Assembly (NCBI GenBank): GCA_036785375.1
Contig: JAWMAR010000352.1
Coordinates: 2,356,001-2,420,000, forward strand
Source of the DNA: Leucoraja ocellata
Lineage: Eukaryota
Direction of reading: 5' to 3'
DNA length: 64,000 bases
A model generated the notes under the pieces. It saw only the letters and a list, made by a program, of their open reading frames with translations. It searched no databases and had not been told where the DNA came from. Positions 12,621 through 25,100 of this stretch are shown piece after piece. Position numbers and translations under genes: made by a program. Within the stretch, counting starts at the first letter, position 1, and every line of letters begins with the position of its first letter.

Positions 12621-13884
12621 GTATCAGGGAGATGAGTGTGTGGCCAGGATGGTGTGGGTCCTTGAGGCCTTTTTGAGGCAGCGACTGCGATAGATCCCCA
12701 CGATGGAAGGGAGGTCAGAGCCGATGATGGACTGGGCAGTGCTTACTACTTTTTGTAGTCTTTTCCTCTCCAGGGCGCTCAAGTTGCCGAACCAAGCCAT
12801 GATGCAACCGGTCAGCATGCTCTCTACTGTGCACCTGTAGAAGTTAGAGAGACTCCTCATTGACAAACCGACTCTCCGTAATCTTCTCAGCAAGTAGAGG
12901 CGCTGATGTGCTTTCTTAATAATTGCATCAGTGTTCAAGGACCAGAAATCCTAATGCAGAATTCCACCGTATTATGGTCACTGTTGCCCATAAGGGGCTT
13001 AGTACAACAAGATCGCTAACTAATCCTTCCTCATTACACAATATCCAGTCTAGGATGACCTGCCCTCTAGTCGGTTCCTCTACATATTGGCTTAAAAAAC
13101 CATCCCGTATATGTTCCAGGAAATCCTCCTCAGCGGTTACCAATTTATACCCAATCTATATGAAGATTAAAGTCGCCCATGATAACTGCTTGATGCTCTT
13201 TAAATCACACGGCACTAACACTGCCTTTTTCATAATCTGGATATGTTTGAACACATTACTGTACTCTTCCGTGAATTCTCCAGTTCATATAATCTCCATG
13301 GAAATATAGATGAGAAATATTCAAATATATGTCCCCGCCAATTACTCGTGAATTCACACACACTATCACTGACATTATAGGCACCCTATTTATTCTCTCT
13401 TTAGTTACTCTTTTGCTCTGAATATACTGAAACAATATCTTAGTATTCCCTTAACTTTATCAGCCAAAGCTCTCTCATCCCCTTTTTGCCCTCTTGATTT
13501 TCAACTTAAATGTACTTCTCCATCCTTGATACTCCACAGGAGATTTACCTGATCCCAGCTCCCTTTCCATGACTCTTTCTTTTTCTGACCAGAGCCTCAC
13601 TATCTCTTGTGTATCCTGGTGGATTGATTGATTTAGTGATACTTTATTCACATGTACAGTGGTAATCTTTATTTTGCGCCAACATGCCATTCGCTTTCTT
13701 CACTGCCTGCTGTACCTGCTTGCTTACTTTCATTGACTGATCAACACGGGCCCCCAGATCCTGTTTTACTTCCGCTTTTCCCAACTTGACACCATTTAGA
13801 CAATAATCTGCCTTCATGTTTTTGCTACCAAATTCCTTGTATGTATATATACTTGGCTAATAACATTTATTCAATTCAATTTAA

Positions 13885-15755
13885 TCTTTACTATGAACGT
13901 CCAATACCTTTACACCTCCATCACCCACCAGGAAAGGCCTTACAGTGCTACTTTGTATAGAGACCCAATCAGTTCCCCTCTATGAACAACCTTGTCTGCC
14001 TGGCAGAAGCTGTCCTCCCCTCAGTAACTTCTATTTTGGCTCCTCACTTTCTTCAGGTTAAAGGTGTGGCCATGAGAACTTGCACGGACCCAAGCTATTC
14101 CGCCTTTTTGTTGGTTATGTCAAACAATTCTTGTTCCAAATGTGCACTTGCACCATGCCCCAAATGCTTCCCTGCCGCATCGATGATTGCAGCGGGACTG
14201 TCCCTTGCACCCATGCAGAAACCATTGATTCCATTAACTTTACCATTAATTCTACCCTGCCCTCTTTCACGTGGCCTACCTCTGACCCCTCTCCTCCTTC
14301 TTGATCTCTCTCTCCATCACAGGGGACAGGCAATAGACTGGCATCTACTGCAAACCTACTGACTTCCAATGTTATCTCAAAGGTATCAAAGGTATTTTAT
14401 TAGTCACATTCACATACACCTAGGTGTAGTGAAGTGAAATGCTTCTTGCCATTTTGTAGCACATAAAAAGAAGAATACAGACATAACATTAATAAGAGTT
14501 TAAACATAAAGAACATCCCCCCACAATGGTTCCCATTATGAGGGAAGACACAAAGTCCAGCCCCCAACCCCAGTTCACCCATAGTCGGGCCTATTGAGGC
14601 CTCCACAGTTGCCTCTACGGAGGCCCGATGTTCCAGGCCGTTCTCGCCGGGTGATGTTGCTCCGGCGTCGGGAGAGTCCTCACAACGGCCTGGGAACCCT
14701 GGAACGGCCGCTTCCGTACTGGTGGCCGCAGCTTCCAAAGCCAACAAGGCCGCGCCGGTTGGAGCTCCACAACTGGCGATCTCATCTAGAGATCCCAGGC
14801 TCCCGTTGTAAAGTTCAGCACCGCCGCCCGTAGCTGGTCGCTCCACAGTCCCGCAGCTCCGTGATGTTTTCCTCAGCGATCCTCATCAGCTCCAGCGCGG
14901 CGACCCGGGCAAGGCACAGCCCGCTCCGCAATAGCGCTCCAGCGCTGTGCCGCAGCCGAAGCCGTGGTTCTGGGCGGTCCCCGACAGGAAACGCCGCTCC
15001 AGGCCCGCTGGAAGGCCGCGAGGACGGGTCGAAGCTGCAGCCCGGAGAAAAGCTGCCTCTCCGACCAGGTAGGGACCCTGAAAGATTGTTTCCCCTTCTC
15101 CCCCCACCCCCCACATAAAAAAGTCTAGACCTCCAAACAAAACACTTTAACTAACTAAAATAAAAAATAAAAAGATGAAGAGAGAGACAGCTGCTGGCTG
15201 GGCAGCCGTGCACAGGACAGCGCCCCCTCCAATTTATCTGTATAACTCCTTCCATCCTTGATCGTGTCCTCTGTGAAGTTCAAAGGAAAGACTCTGAACT
15301 CTTGAAGCGTCCCCTATATCATTTGTGTCCTGCAGTTCTGCACTCACTTCCCTGCCCCCAGATAGAACAGAGACCCCCTGATTCTCATCTTTCAGCCCAC
15401 CAGCCTCTACAAACAACACAACATCCTCTGACATTTCCATTAGCGTCACCTTGATCCCACCACTGGTCACCGCTTCCCATCTTCATCCCTTTCTGCCTTC
15501 AACAGACCACACCTTCTGCATCTCCTTGTTTCATCATCCCTTCCCACACAAACCACCCCTTCCCCAGCTACTTCCTTCTGCAACTGCACGAGATGTAACA
15601 TCCCGTGCCTAGACCTCGTCCCTCACATTTACCCAAGGATCTCAGCTGTCCTTAACATGAGACAAAGATTCATGTGCATCTCCTTTAACCACCTCTGTTG
15701 TATTTGATGTTCCTGCTGTGGCTTTCTGTATGGGGAGACCAGGTGTAGACTCACT
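13885..15755 (+). mobile_element. Degraded Penelope-like element (RT to GIY-YIG), interrupted at 14377-15230
   Basis: MNVQYLYTSI, QVKGVAM..PSY and RIDD RT motifs, IYCKPT, and a downstream GIY-YIG remnant. Confidence 0.75.
14377..15230 (-). mobile_element. GC-rich non-autonomous repeat with a Rex/Babar-like tail (aataaa atacctttga repeats)
   Basis: Body shared with 7784-8500; tandem-repeat tail; approximate flanking duplication ccaat(g)ttatct. Confidence 0.62.
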
Positions 15756-15876
15756 GAATATTTAGAAACATAGAAAATAGATGCAGGAGTAGGCCATTCG
15801 GCCCTTCGAGCCTGCACCGCCAATAATTCTCCAGTTCATATAATCTCCATGGAAATATAGATGAGAAATATTCAAT

Positions 15877-18070
15877 TATACGGGCATTGTATCATCATAT
15901 GTCAGCTTTTGCGAGGACAGTTGCATTCCAACTAAGAGCCGGACATGGTTCAACAACAAGCCCTGGTTCACTGCAGAACTCAGACAGAAGCGGGGATGCA
16001 GACCTCTACAGGCAGGCCAAGTACAAGCTGAGAAGAGGATTCAGAGCTGCCAAGGAAAGGTACTCTGAGACGTTGAGGGGCAAGTTCTCAGCTAGTGACT
16101 CTTCTTCAGTTTGGAAGGGCTTGCAAGAAATTACCAGCTACAAGAGGAAAGTCCCCCGCTCTTTGGACAATCGTCAGCTGACCAACGACCTGAATGAGTT
16201 TTACTGCAAGTTTGAAAATCTGAAACGTAACCCTGGGACCCCCTCCGCCTCTCCCCAACCAACACAGCCAGACCCCAGTCTGCAAAGCCTGCATCCTCTC
16301 CTTCGCATTCACCACTTCACACGTACTTAAGGCAAGACTGCAGTATGAAAAGACTGGACCGTTTCCACCCCAACCAACACTTCACACCCATTGACAGCCT
16401 GACCTCAGTCTGCAAAGACTGGGCCCTTCTACACCCACCCCTCCAATCACCACTTCACACCCAATTACCCACACCCTCCTTGCTGAACAACATCACTTCA
16501 TCAACAATAGAAATAGAGGAGGCGGAGTGGCTTTTCAGAAGACAAAAAAGCCAGAAATCTCCAGGACCTGACAATGTTTCCCCCTCTACTCTTAAGCTCT
16601 GTGCCAAACAACGGTCTATACAGACATTTTTAACCAGTCCCTGCAAACATGTACTGTCCCTGCCTGCTTCAATGTCTCCACTATTGTCCCTGTACCCAAA
16701 AAGGCAAGGATTACTGGACTTAATGACTACAGGCCTGTCGCACTCACCTCAGTAGTCGTGAAGACACTTGAAAGGCTTGGGCTGGCTAAGCTGAAAAATA
16801 TCACAAACTCCCTGCTGGACCCTCTGCAGTTTGCATATCGGGCCAATAGATCTGTGGATGATGCAGTCAACCTGGGCCTGCACTTCATCCTATAGCACCT
16901 AGACTGCCAGGGGACCTATGCGAGGATCCTGTTTGTTGATTTTAGCTCTGCATTCAACACCATTGTGCCAGTGCTATCCAAACTTTCATAGTTGACTGTG
17001 CGTGAACCCCTCTGTCAGAGGATCACCAGCTTCCTGACAGACAGGAAGCAACATATGAGTTTGGGAAAACACATCTCGGACCCGCAAATGCTCAGCATAG
17101 GAGCACCGCAATGCACTCTCCTCTCCTCTATTCTCTCTACACCAATGACAGCACCTCCACAGACAACTCTGTCAAGCTTCTCAAGTTTGCGTATGGCACA
17201 ACCCTGATTGGACTGATCCAGGATAGGGAGGAATCTGCCTGCAGACAGGAGTTGTCACAGCTGGCGTCCTGGTGCCATCGCAACATCCTAGAGCTCAATG
17301 CGCTTAAGACAGTGGAATTGATTGTAGTCTTTAGGAGAGCTCCCCCTCCCCTCACCCCACTCACCATCAACAACACCACAGTCACATCTGTGGAGTCTTT
17401 AAAGTTCCTGGGAACAATTATCTCCAAGGATCTTAAGTGGGGGGAGACCATCGACTCCACAGTCAAAAAGGCACAACAGAGGATGTACTTCCTGCGGCAG
17501 CTGAGGAAGCACAATCTGCCACAGGCAATGATGGTCCAATTCTACATGGCCATGGTAGAGTCTGTTCTCACCTTCTCCATCATGGTCTGGTTTGGCTCAG
17601 CCACCAAGCACGACACCTGGAGGCTGCAGCGAATCGTCCGATCAGCTGAGAAGGTTATGGCTGCAACCTTCCCTCCATTGACGAACTGTACACTGCAAGG
17701 GCCAGGAAGCGAGCGGGCAAGATCATCTCTGACCCCTCTCACCCTGGCCACAAACTCTTTGAATCACTTCCCTCTGGAAGGCAACTCCGGACTGTCAAGG
17801 CTGCCACAGCCAGACATAAAAACAGTTTTTATCCACGACTAGTTGCTCTACTCAACAGGCAAAAATCTGTAGCCTCCCTTTGATCTGGTATTTTGTTGGT
17901 TCACATGTTTGATCAATGGTGTTTTACATTTATGTTTTATTATTATTATTGTTCAGTGTTTTCTGAGTCATTCGTAACTGCCACTGTATGTCATGTTGCT
18001 ACTTGTGGCCGGAGCACCAAGGCAAATTCCTTGTATGTGAATACTTGTGCAATAAACGTACTTATTTACT
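15877..18070 (+). mobile_element. Rex1/Babar LINE, 5'-truncated and frameshifted
   Basis: [30 protein letters not shown] and KKAQQRMYFLRQL peptides; (ttac)n-like tail. Confidence 0.88.
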
Positions 18071-18120
18071 TAACCGTTTGCTGATAAAATAATACTTCCT
18101 TATTTTGCTTCCGTTTCCAG

Positions 18121-18237
18121 ATGCTAATCTACCCCTCTACACATTTGTGTTCTCCACACAGTGACGGCCGCTGAGGATGAGGACACTGGCCCCCTGAGTG
18201 TTTGTCAGTCGATACTCGATCAGCGGACAGAACCCAG
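18121..18237 (+). other. Candidate upstream non-coding (5' UTR) exon of the Siglec-like gene
   Basis: Non-repetitive island with acceptor-like sites (ccgtttccag ending 18120, ctccacacag ending 18161) and donor CAG|gtacgt. No transcript evidence. Confidence 0.3.
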
Positions 18238-18341
18238 GTACGTAATTCCGTGTCTGTCGCTCTTTCCCACAAACAACCCCCAGTTCAGCTGAGTTGCGAC
18301 TTTGTGCAGAGTCTGATCTGAAATACTTTGTGTATTAAGGT

Positions 18342-19170
18342 AACTGCAGATGCTGGTTCACACCAACGATAGACACAAAGTGCAGGAGTAACTCAGCGGG
18401 ACAGGCAGCATCTCTGGATAGAAGAAGGGTCTTGTCCCAAAACGTCACCCATTCCTTCTATCCAGAGTCTAGAGATATGGAAGGGTAAGTTGTGAAAACC
18501 CATTCCTTCTCTCCAGAGATGCTGCCTGTCCTGTTGAGTTAAGCCAGCATTTTGTATCTAACTTCAGTTTAAACCAGCATCTGCAGTTCCATCCTACACA
18601 TGATTACAATTGTTCCATTTACAGTGTACAGATAGGGGAATAGTGTTCAGTGCAAGGTAAAACCAGCAAAGTCTGATCAAGGATAGTCCGAGGGTCATCA
18701 AAAAGGTAGACAGTAGTTCAGCGCTGCTCTCTGGTTGTGGTTGGATGATTCAGTTGCCTGATAACAGCTGGGAAGAAACTGTCCCCAAATCTGAGAATCA
18801 GAGAGAAGCAATGGGTGATTGTTTTGGGTCAAGACCGTACTTGAGACTGAGTGTCAGGGGAGAGTAGGGCAGAGATAAGGAAGTGAAGGTGTGAAAACAA
18901 TACAAAGGGAACGACTTTGGATGAAAATGTAGAATAGATCATTGTTAGCTAGGAGAAGGTGACAACGAAGCAAACAGAGATAAGATTTAATCAAGGGGAC
19001 GTCAGACTGGTTGTAGAATAGGAAAGGGGAGGGATGGAGAAAGAGGGAAAGCAAGGCTACGGAGTTAGAGAAGTAGATAATCGTATCGATGTAAGCTGCC
19101 CAAGCGTAATATGAGGTGCTGTTCCCCAATTTGCGTTGGGCCTGACTCGAACAGTGAAGGTGGCCCAGGA
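18342..19170. repeat. Penelope-derived short repeats, including an inverted pair at 18342-18588, mixed with a Rex-type tail
   Basis: Motif acacaaagtgctggagtaactcagcgggacaggcagcatctctgga in both orientations; GIY-YIG remnant on the minus strand. Confidence 0.6.
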
Positions 19171-19229
19171 CAGAAAGGTATTTCTGTGTCTCCCTCTCCC
19201 ATGACTCTCAGTATATATTGTACTCAATA

Positions 19230-19770
19230 TTGTGAGCAATTTTGGGCCCCATATCTGAGGAAGGGTGTGCTGGCTCTGGAGAGGGTCCAGAGGAGGTTTA
19301 CATGAATGATCCCAGGAATGAGTGGGTTAACATATGATGAGTGTTTTATAGCACTGGGCCTGTACTCGCTGGAGTTTAGAAGAATGAGGGGGGAACCTCT
19401 CAACGTACAGAATAGTGAAAGGCTTGGATAGAGTGAACGTGGAGAGGATGTTTCCGCTAGTGGGAGAGTCTAGGACTAGAGATTACAGCCTCAGAATTAC
19501 AGGATGCTCTTTTAGGAAGGAGATGAGCAAGGATATCATCAGTCAGAGGGTGGTGAATCTGTGGAATTCTTTGCCACAGTAGACTGTAGAGGCTAAGTCA
19601 GTGGATTATTTAAGGCAGAGACGGATAGATTCTTGATTTGTACTGGTGTCAGAGGTTATGGGGAGAAGGCAGGAGAATGGGGTTAGGAGATAGAGATAGG
19701 TCTGCAATGATTGAATGGTGAAGCAGACTTGATGGGCCGAACGGCTTAATTCTGCTCCTATCACTTATTA
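19230..19770 (+). mobile_element. CR1 3' fragment
   Basis: [21 protein letters not shown] and CR1 3' UTR. Confidence 0.8.
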
Positions 19771-20099
19771 CCTTATACAGTATGACTTGCCTGGGTTGTG
19801 TGCAAACACTGAATTCTGGTACACATGGCAATTATACAATCAGACCAATAGATGGGCCGGAAAAAGGGCTGGCATGGACATGGTGGGCCGAAGGACCTGT
19901 TGCGATCTTGGATGGAGCTGTTCCCAAAGCAAGCTGCGATGCATCCTGATACAATCTATCTTCTGTCTACACTATTACTAAAACTCTCATCTTGACCACT
20001 TCCCCTCTGTGTTGTTTTTAAATTTGCTCAAAAACGGTTCAGATGTCGCCCGTCCAGAAGCTGCCGAGAATAAAGCTGAAGCAGCAGAGTGTGGGCTGT

Positions 20100-20780
20100 T
20101 GACCCCCCTCAAACACCCCACTCCCGCACCCCCTCTCCCCCCGTCCCCTCCCACACCCCCCCACTCCCACACCCCCCCTCCCCCACGTCCCCACTCCCTC
20201 ATTCCCCCTCCCTTTCTCCCCACTCCCGTCCACTTCCCCCCTCCCCTACACCCCCCTCCTCTACACCCCCCTCCCCTACACCCCCCTCCCTTACACCCCC
20301 CTCCAGTACACCACCCCCCTCCCCTACATCCCCTCCACAACACCGCCCCTCCCCTACACACACCACCCCAACAATCCCCCTCCCCTACACCCCCTCCCAT
20401 GCACCAACCCCATCCCCTACACCCCCTCCCATACAACCCCCTCCACTACATCTCCCCTGTACACCATCCCCCTGCCGTACATCCCCCATCCCATACACCC
20501 CCCTCCCATACACACCCCTCCCCCACACCCCCCCACAACCACACCCCCCTCCCTCACCCCCTCCCCAACACACCCCTCACACACGCTCCCCCACAAACCC
20601 CCTCCCCCACACCACCCCATCCCCTCCCCCACACCCCTGCCCCACACCCACACAGCCCCTACCACGCACACCCCTCCCCCCTCCCACACACACGCCCTCC
20701 CCTACCCACAAGACAACCCTTAGCCCCACAAACCCCCTCCCCACACACCCCATCCCCCACACACACTGCCTTCCCCACAT
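20100..20780. repeat. C/A-rich low-complexity tandem repeat (G-rich on the minus strand)
   Basis: Degenerate cccctcccctacac units. Confidence 0.9.
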
Positions 20781-21270
20781 CCTGACTTTGGGTGCTGCCT
20801 GTACGGAGTTTGCCCGTTTACAGATTGTATTGTGCTGCTGCAAGTAAGAATCTCATTGTACTATCTGGGACATGTGACAATAAAACATTCTTGAATCTGG
20901 CCTCTTGACCTGCTTGGGTTTTTATGGTTTCATCCCACATTCCAATGACGTGCAGGTTTGTAGGCTAATTGGATTGGCAACATTGTAAATTGTCCCTAGC
21001 GTGTGTAGGATAGTGTTAGTGTGCGGGGGATCGCTGGTTGGCACGAACTCGATGGGTCGAAGGGCCTGTTTCCACGTTGTGTCTCTAGACTAAACACAGA
21101 ACTAGTGTGTGAACGGGTGATCGATGGTCTGCGCGGACACGGTGGGGTAAAGGTCCAGTTTCCGTGTTGTATCTCAAAAAGTAAACATAGAACTAGTGTG
21201 TGAAGTGGTCGGCATGGTCTGTGGGCCGTGGGAGCCTGTTTCTGTGCTGTATCTCTAAACTAAACTAAGC
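20780..21270 (+). mobile_element. Fragments of tRNA-derived V-SINEs (HE1-like)
   Basis: gtacggagtttg...gtgcaggtttgtaggctaattgg core and tail gggcctgtttc...gtatctctaaactaaac. Confidence 0.65.
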
Positions 21271-21489
21271 TCTCAGCAATTTCTTGTGGTCTTAGGCAGA
21301 GCTGGTCCCAAACCAAATTGTAACACGACCTAGCAGTGTTCTTTCACAGTTCATGTGGAGAAGTTGGTGTGAGTCACTGGAGAAATGCTGAACTTCCTTC
21401 ATCTTTTGAGCACGATGAGACATCAGTTGCTTTATTGACCACAGCTTCAATGTAGTTGGTGCAGCGTATGCTGTTGGTGATATTTACGA

Positions 21490-22050
21490 ACATGTGATAG
21501 GAGCAGAATTAGGCCATTCAGCCCATCAAATCTACTCCGCCTTTTAATCATGGCTGATCTATCTCTCCCTACTAATCCGATTCTCCTGCCTTCTCCCTAA
21601 AACCCCTGACACCCGGACAAATTCATAATCTATCTTTCTCTGCCTCAACAATATCCACTGACTGGGCCGCCACAGCCTTCTGTGGCAAAGAATTCCACAG
21701 ATTCACCACCCTCTCACTAAAGAAATTCCTCCTCATCTCCTTCCTAAAAGAACGTTGAATTCTGAGGCTATGACCCCTCCCTCTAGTGGAAAAGTGCTAT
21801 CCACATCCACTCTATCCAAGCCTTTCACTATTCGGTAAGTTTCAATGTGGTCCTCCCTCATTCTTCTAAACTCCAGCTAGTACAGACCCAGTGCTGACAA
21901 ACACTCTCATATGTAAACACACTCATTCCTGGGACCATTCCTGTAAACCTCCTCTGGACCCTCTCCAGAGCCAGCACATTCTTCATCAGATGCGGGGCTC
22001 AAAATTCCTCACAATATTCCAAATGTGGCCTCACCAGCTCCTCAGCATTG
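21490..22050 (-). mobile_element. CR1 3' fragment immediately upstream of the signal-peptide exon
   Basis: LVRPHLEYC peptide and CR1 3' UTR. Confidence 0.8.
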
Positions 22051-22154
22051 CATCCATGTTGCTTAATGTATATTGGTTGCTGGAGTTTTAATGCAATAAC
22101 TTTCTCTTCCAGACCGGGAGATCGGGTAACTGACGGGATATCTGGGATCAGACA

Positions 22155-22194
22155 ATGATCGGGAGATCGTTCTTCCTCCTCTCCCTTCTCCAAG
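22155..22194 (+). CDS. Signal peptide exon ([13 protein letters not shown]); exon begins about 22113
   Basis: Acceptor tttctcttccag ends at 22112, ATG at 22155, hydrophobic core, donor CAAG|gtacca in phase 1 matching the V-set exon. Confidence 0.8.
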
Positions 22195-25100
22195 GTACCA
22201 TCAGCAGCAACTCAGAAGTGTTTACGGGGAGTGATGCACTGTGGGAGTGGCGGTGCGGATGGAGTGATGCACTGGGGGAGGGGCGGTGAGGAGGGAGTGA
22301 TGCATTGTGGGAGGGGCGGTGAGGAGGGAGTGATGCATTGTGGGAGGGGCGGTGAGGAGGGAGTGATGCATTGTGGGAGGGGCGGTGAGGAGGGAGTGAT
22401 GCATTGTGGGAGGGGCGGTGAGGAGGAAGTGATGCATTGTGGGAGGGGCGGTGAGGAGGGAGTGATGCATTGTGGGAGGGGCGGTGAGGAGGGAGTGATG
22501 CACTGGGGGAGGGGCGGTGAGGAGGGAGTGATGCACTGTGGGAGGGGCGGTGAGGAGGGAGTGATGCACTGGGGGAGGGGCGGTGAGGAGGGAGTGATGC
22601 ACTGGGGGATGGGCGGTGAGGAGGGAGTGATGCACTGGGGGAGGGGCGGTGAGGAGGGAGTGATGCACTGGGGGAGGGGCGGTGAGGAGGGAGACTCTAC
22701 CACTACGCCATCATGCTGCTCTTCTACGCTCTGTTTACACCGGGTCCACAGCGCAGGATAAACGGTGTGGAAAGTCCAGTGAACTGACAGGGTGTTCACT
22801 GCTAAAGATTGTTCCTTCTCTCCTCAGCCGGGATGTCGGGAAAGGAAGAGTGGAGAGCGGACAATCCCGGAGCTGTGACAGCGCTGAATGGTTTGTGTGC
22901 ACGGATTCCGTGTCGCTACAGATACCCGTCGTATCTGAACAGTAAACCACGGACTGGAATCTGGTTTAACAGTGAGTCGGACAAAGGTCCTGTAGCCTTC
23001 CACTCCGGGAATCACAGACTAGAATCAACAAAGTTTCAGCATCGGACCCGGCTGTCAGGAATCCTGATAGACAACGACTGTTCCCTGGTTATAGACAACG
23101 TCACGCCGCAAGATGCAGGTCCTTATTTTTTCAGAGTTGAATTCAATGGGGGACCTGTTTACAGCTACCACCCTGTAACACAGCTCACTGTTACTGGTAA
23201 GTGCTCTGTATAATTCACTATTTCACTCAACAGTTTCTCCCAGCTGTTATCAGGCAACTGAACCAACCTACCACAACCAGAGAGCAGTGTTGAACTACTG
23301 TTGACCTCACTGGTGACCCATCGGACTATCCTTGATTGGACTTTGCTGGCTTTACCTTGCATTAAACGTTATTCCCTTATCATGTATCCATACACTGCAA
23401 ATGGCTTGATTGCAATCATGTATAGTCTTTCTGCTGAGACAGATTGTAGTTCAGGACCGCTCCCTGGTTGTGGTAGAATGATTCAGTTGCCTGATAACAG
23501 CTGGGAAGAAACTGTCCCTGAATCTGGAGGTGTGTGTTTTCACACTTCTATACCTTGTAAAAACATCCTTGCTCGTGTGGGACTGGGATTTCAATGTGAA
23601 CCGATGTATTCAGTGATATTTAACTAACAGTATTTGTTTCTCTGTGTGTTAGATTTCACGGATAAACCCACGATATTCTCTGCTGAATTGGTGGCAGGAA
23701 AGCCTGTGAACATTACCTGCTCCTTCAACACCACGTGTAATGGAACGGCACCCACCTTAACCTGGGTCACCCCCGCTGATGAACCACCGTCAGCCTCACA
23801 CAGTGTAACTCAGCAGGGTGACACTCTGACATATACTTCTGTTCTGTCCCTGACCCCAGCGCTCAAACATCACGGGCAAAACCTCACCTGCAGAGTCACA
23901 TACCCAACTGTGTCATCGGAGCAGAACCTCACACTGACTGTGGAATGTAAGTACGGAGATCGTATATTGTGCAGGAACATCAATAATCTATTAGCAGCGC
24001 TGGTATATAAGGTCATAGACGATAGGTGCAGAATTAGGCCATTCAGCCCATCAACTCTACTCTGCCATTCAATCATGGCTGAACAATCTCTCTCTCCTAA
24101 CCCCTTTCTTCTGCCTTCTCCCCATATCCACTGGCACCTGTACTAATCAAATCAACACCAAAAGCTGGAGAAACTCAGCAGGCCAGGCAGCATCTCTGGA
24201 GAGAAGGAATGGGTGACATTTCAGATCGAGAACCTTCTTCAGACTGAAAGTCACGGGAAAGGGAAACGAGAGATATAGACGATGATGTAGAGAGATGTAT
24301 GACCTACCTGATCTCCTGGTTGCTAAACACATTAATTCTCCTTCCCATTCCCACACTGAACTTTCTGTCCTCGGACACCACCATTGTCAGAGTGAGGTTA
24401 AATGCAAATTGGAGGATCAGCATCTCATATTTTGTTTGGGCAGTTTACAGCCCAGTGGTATGTATATTGATTTCTCTAACTTCAGGTAGCCCCGGCATTC
24501 CCTCTCTCTCCATCCCTCCCCCACCCAAGTCTCATCAGCTTCTCGTTCTCACCCAACAAACTACAAACAACGGCCTGTTCCCTTTATCATCGTTAATCTT
24601 TTGCATATCTTTCATTCTTTGTTCTATATGTCTCTACACCATCGTCTATATCTCTCATTTCCCTAAACATAGAACTAGTGTGTGAATGTGTGATCGATGG
24701 TTGGCGCTGACTCCGTGGGCTGAAGGGCCTATTTCCGCAGTGGATCTCTAAAGTCTGAAGACTAAAGTCTTTTACAAGGGACACCGAAAGTGCCGCAAAA
24801 CTGGTTGCAGAATTTTATCTGTTTGCAGACGCCCCCCAGAATCTCTCAATCACTTCCCCCGACAATGTGAACGATTCCTGGGTCAGTATAAAGGAAGGAA
24901 ACTCTGCAGCGATTTTCTGCTCCCTCCAAAGTTTCCCGGCGTCTAACCTGACGTGGAGACATCAGTGTCACGCTGAACACACAACGAGCTGTGGATAGAC
25001 ATAGACATAGCCATAGAAAATAGGTGCAGGACGAGGCCATTCGGCCCTTCGAGCCAGCACCACCATTCATTGTGATCATGGCTGATCGTCCCCAATCAAT

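Larger units (their letters stand above)
10575..12935 (-). mobile_element. Rex1/Babar LINE 3' fragment split by a TIR transposon
   Basis: KKAHQRLYLLRRL..FYRCTVESMLTGCI..W and [16 protein letters not shown] peptides, plus an AT-rich tail. Confidence 0.8.

Noticed and set aside
20009-20847. Pro/His-rich ORFs
   Set aside because: Artefact of C-rich tandem repeats; no splice or domain support.
22228-22693. CRISPR-like array
   Set aside because: No unique spacers, eukaryotic context and no cas genes.
22212-22799. Repetitive ORFs ([11 protein letters not shown])n / ([11 protein letters not shown])n, or in-frame retention of the 633-nt intron
   Set aside because: These come from the 33-bp minisatellite; the frame continuing from the signal peptide hits TGA early in the array.
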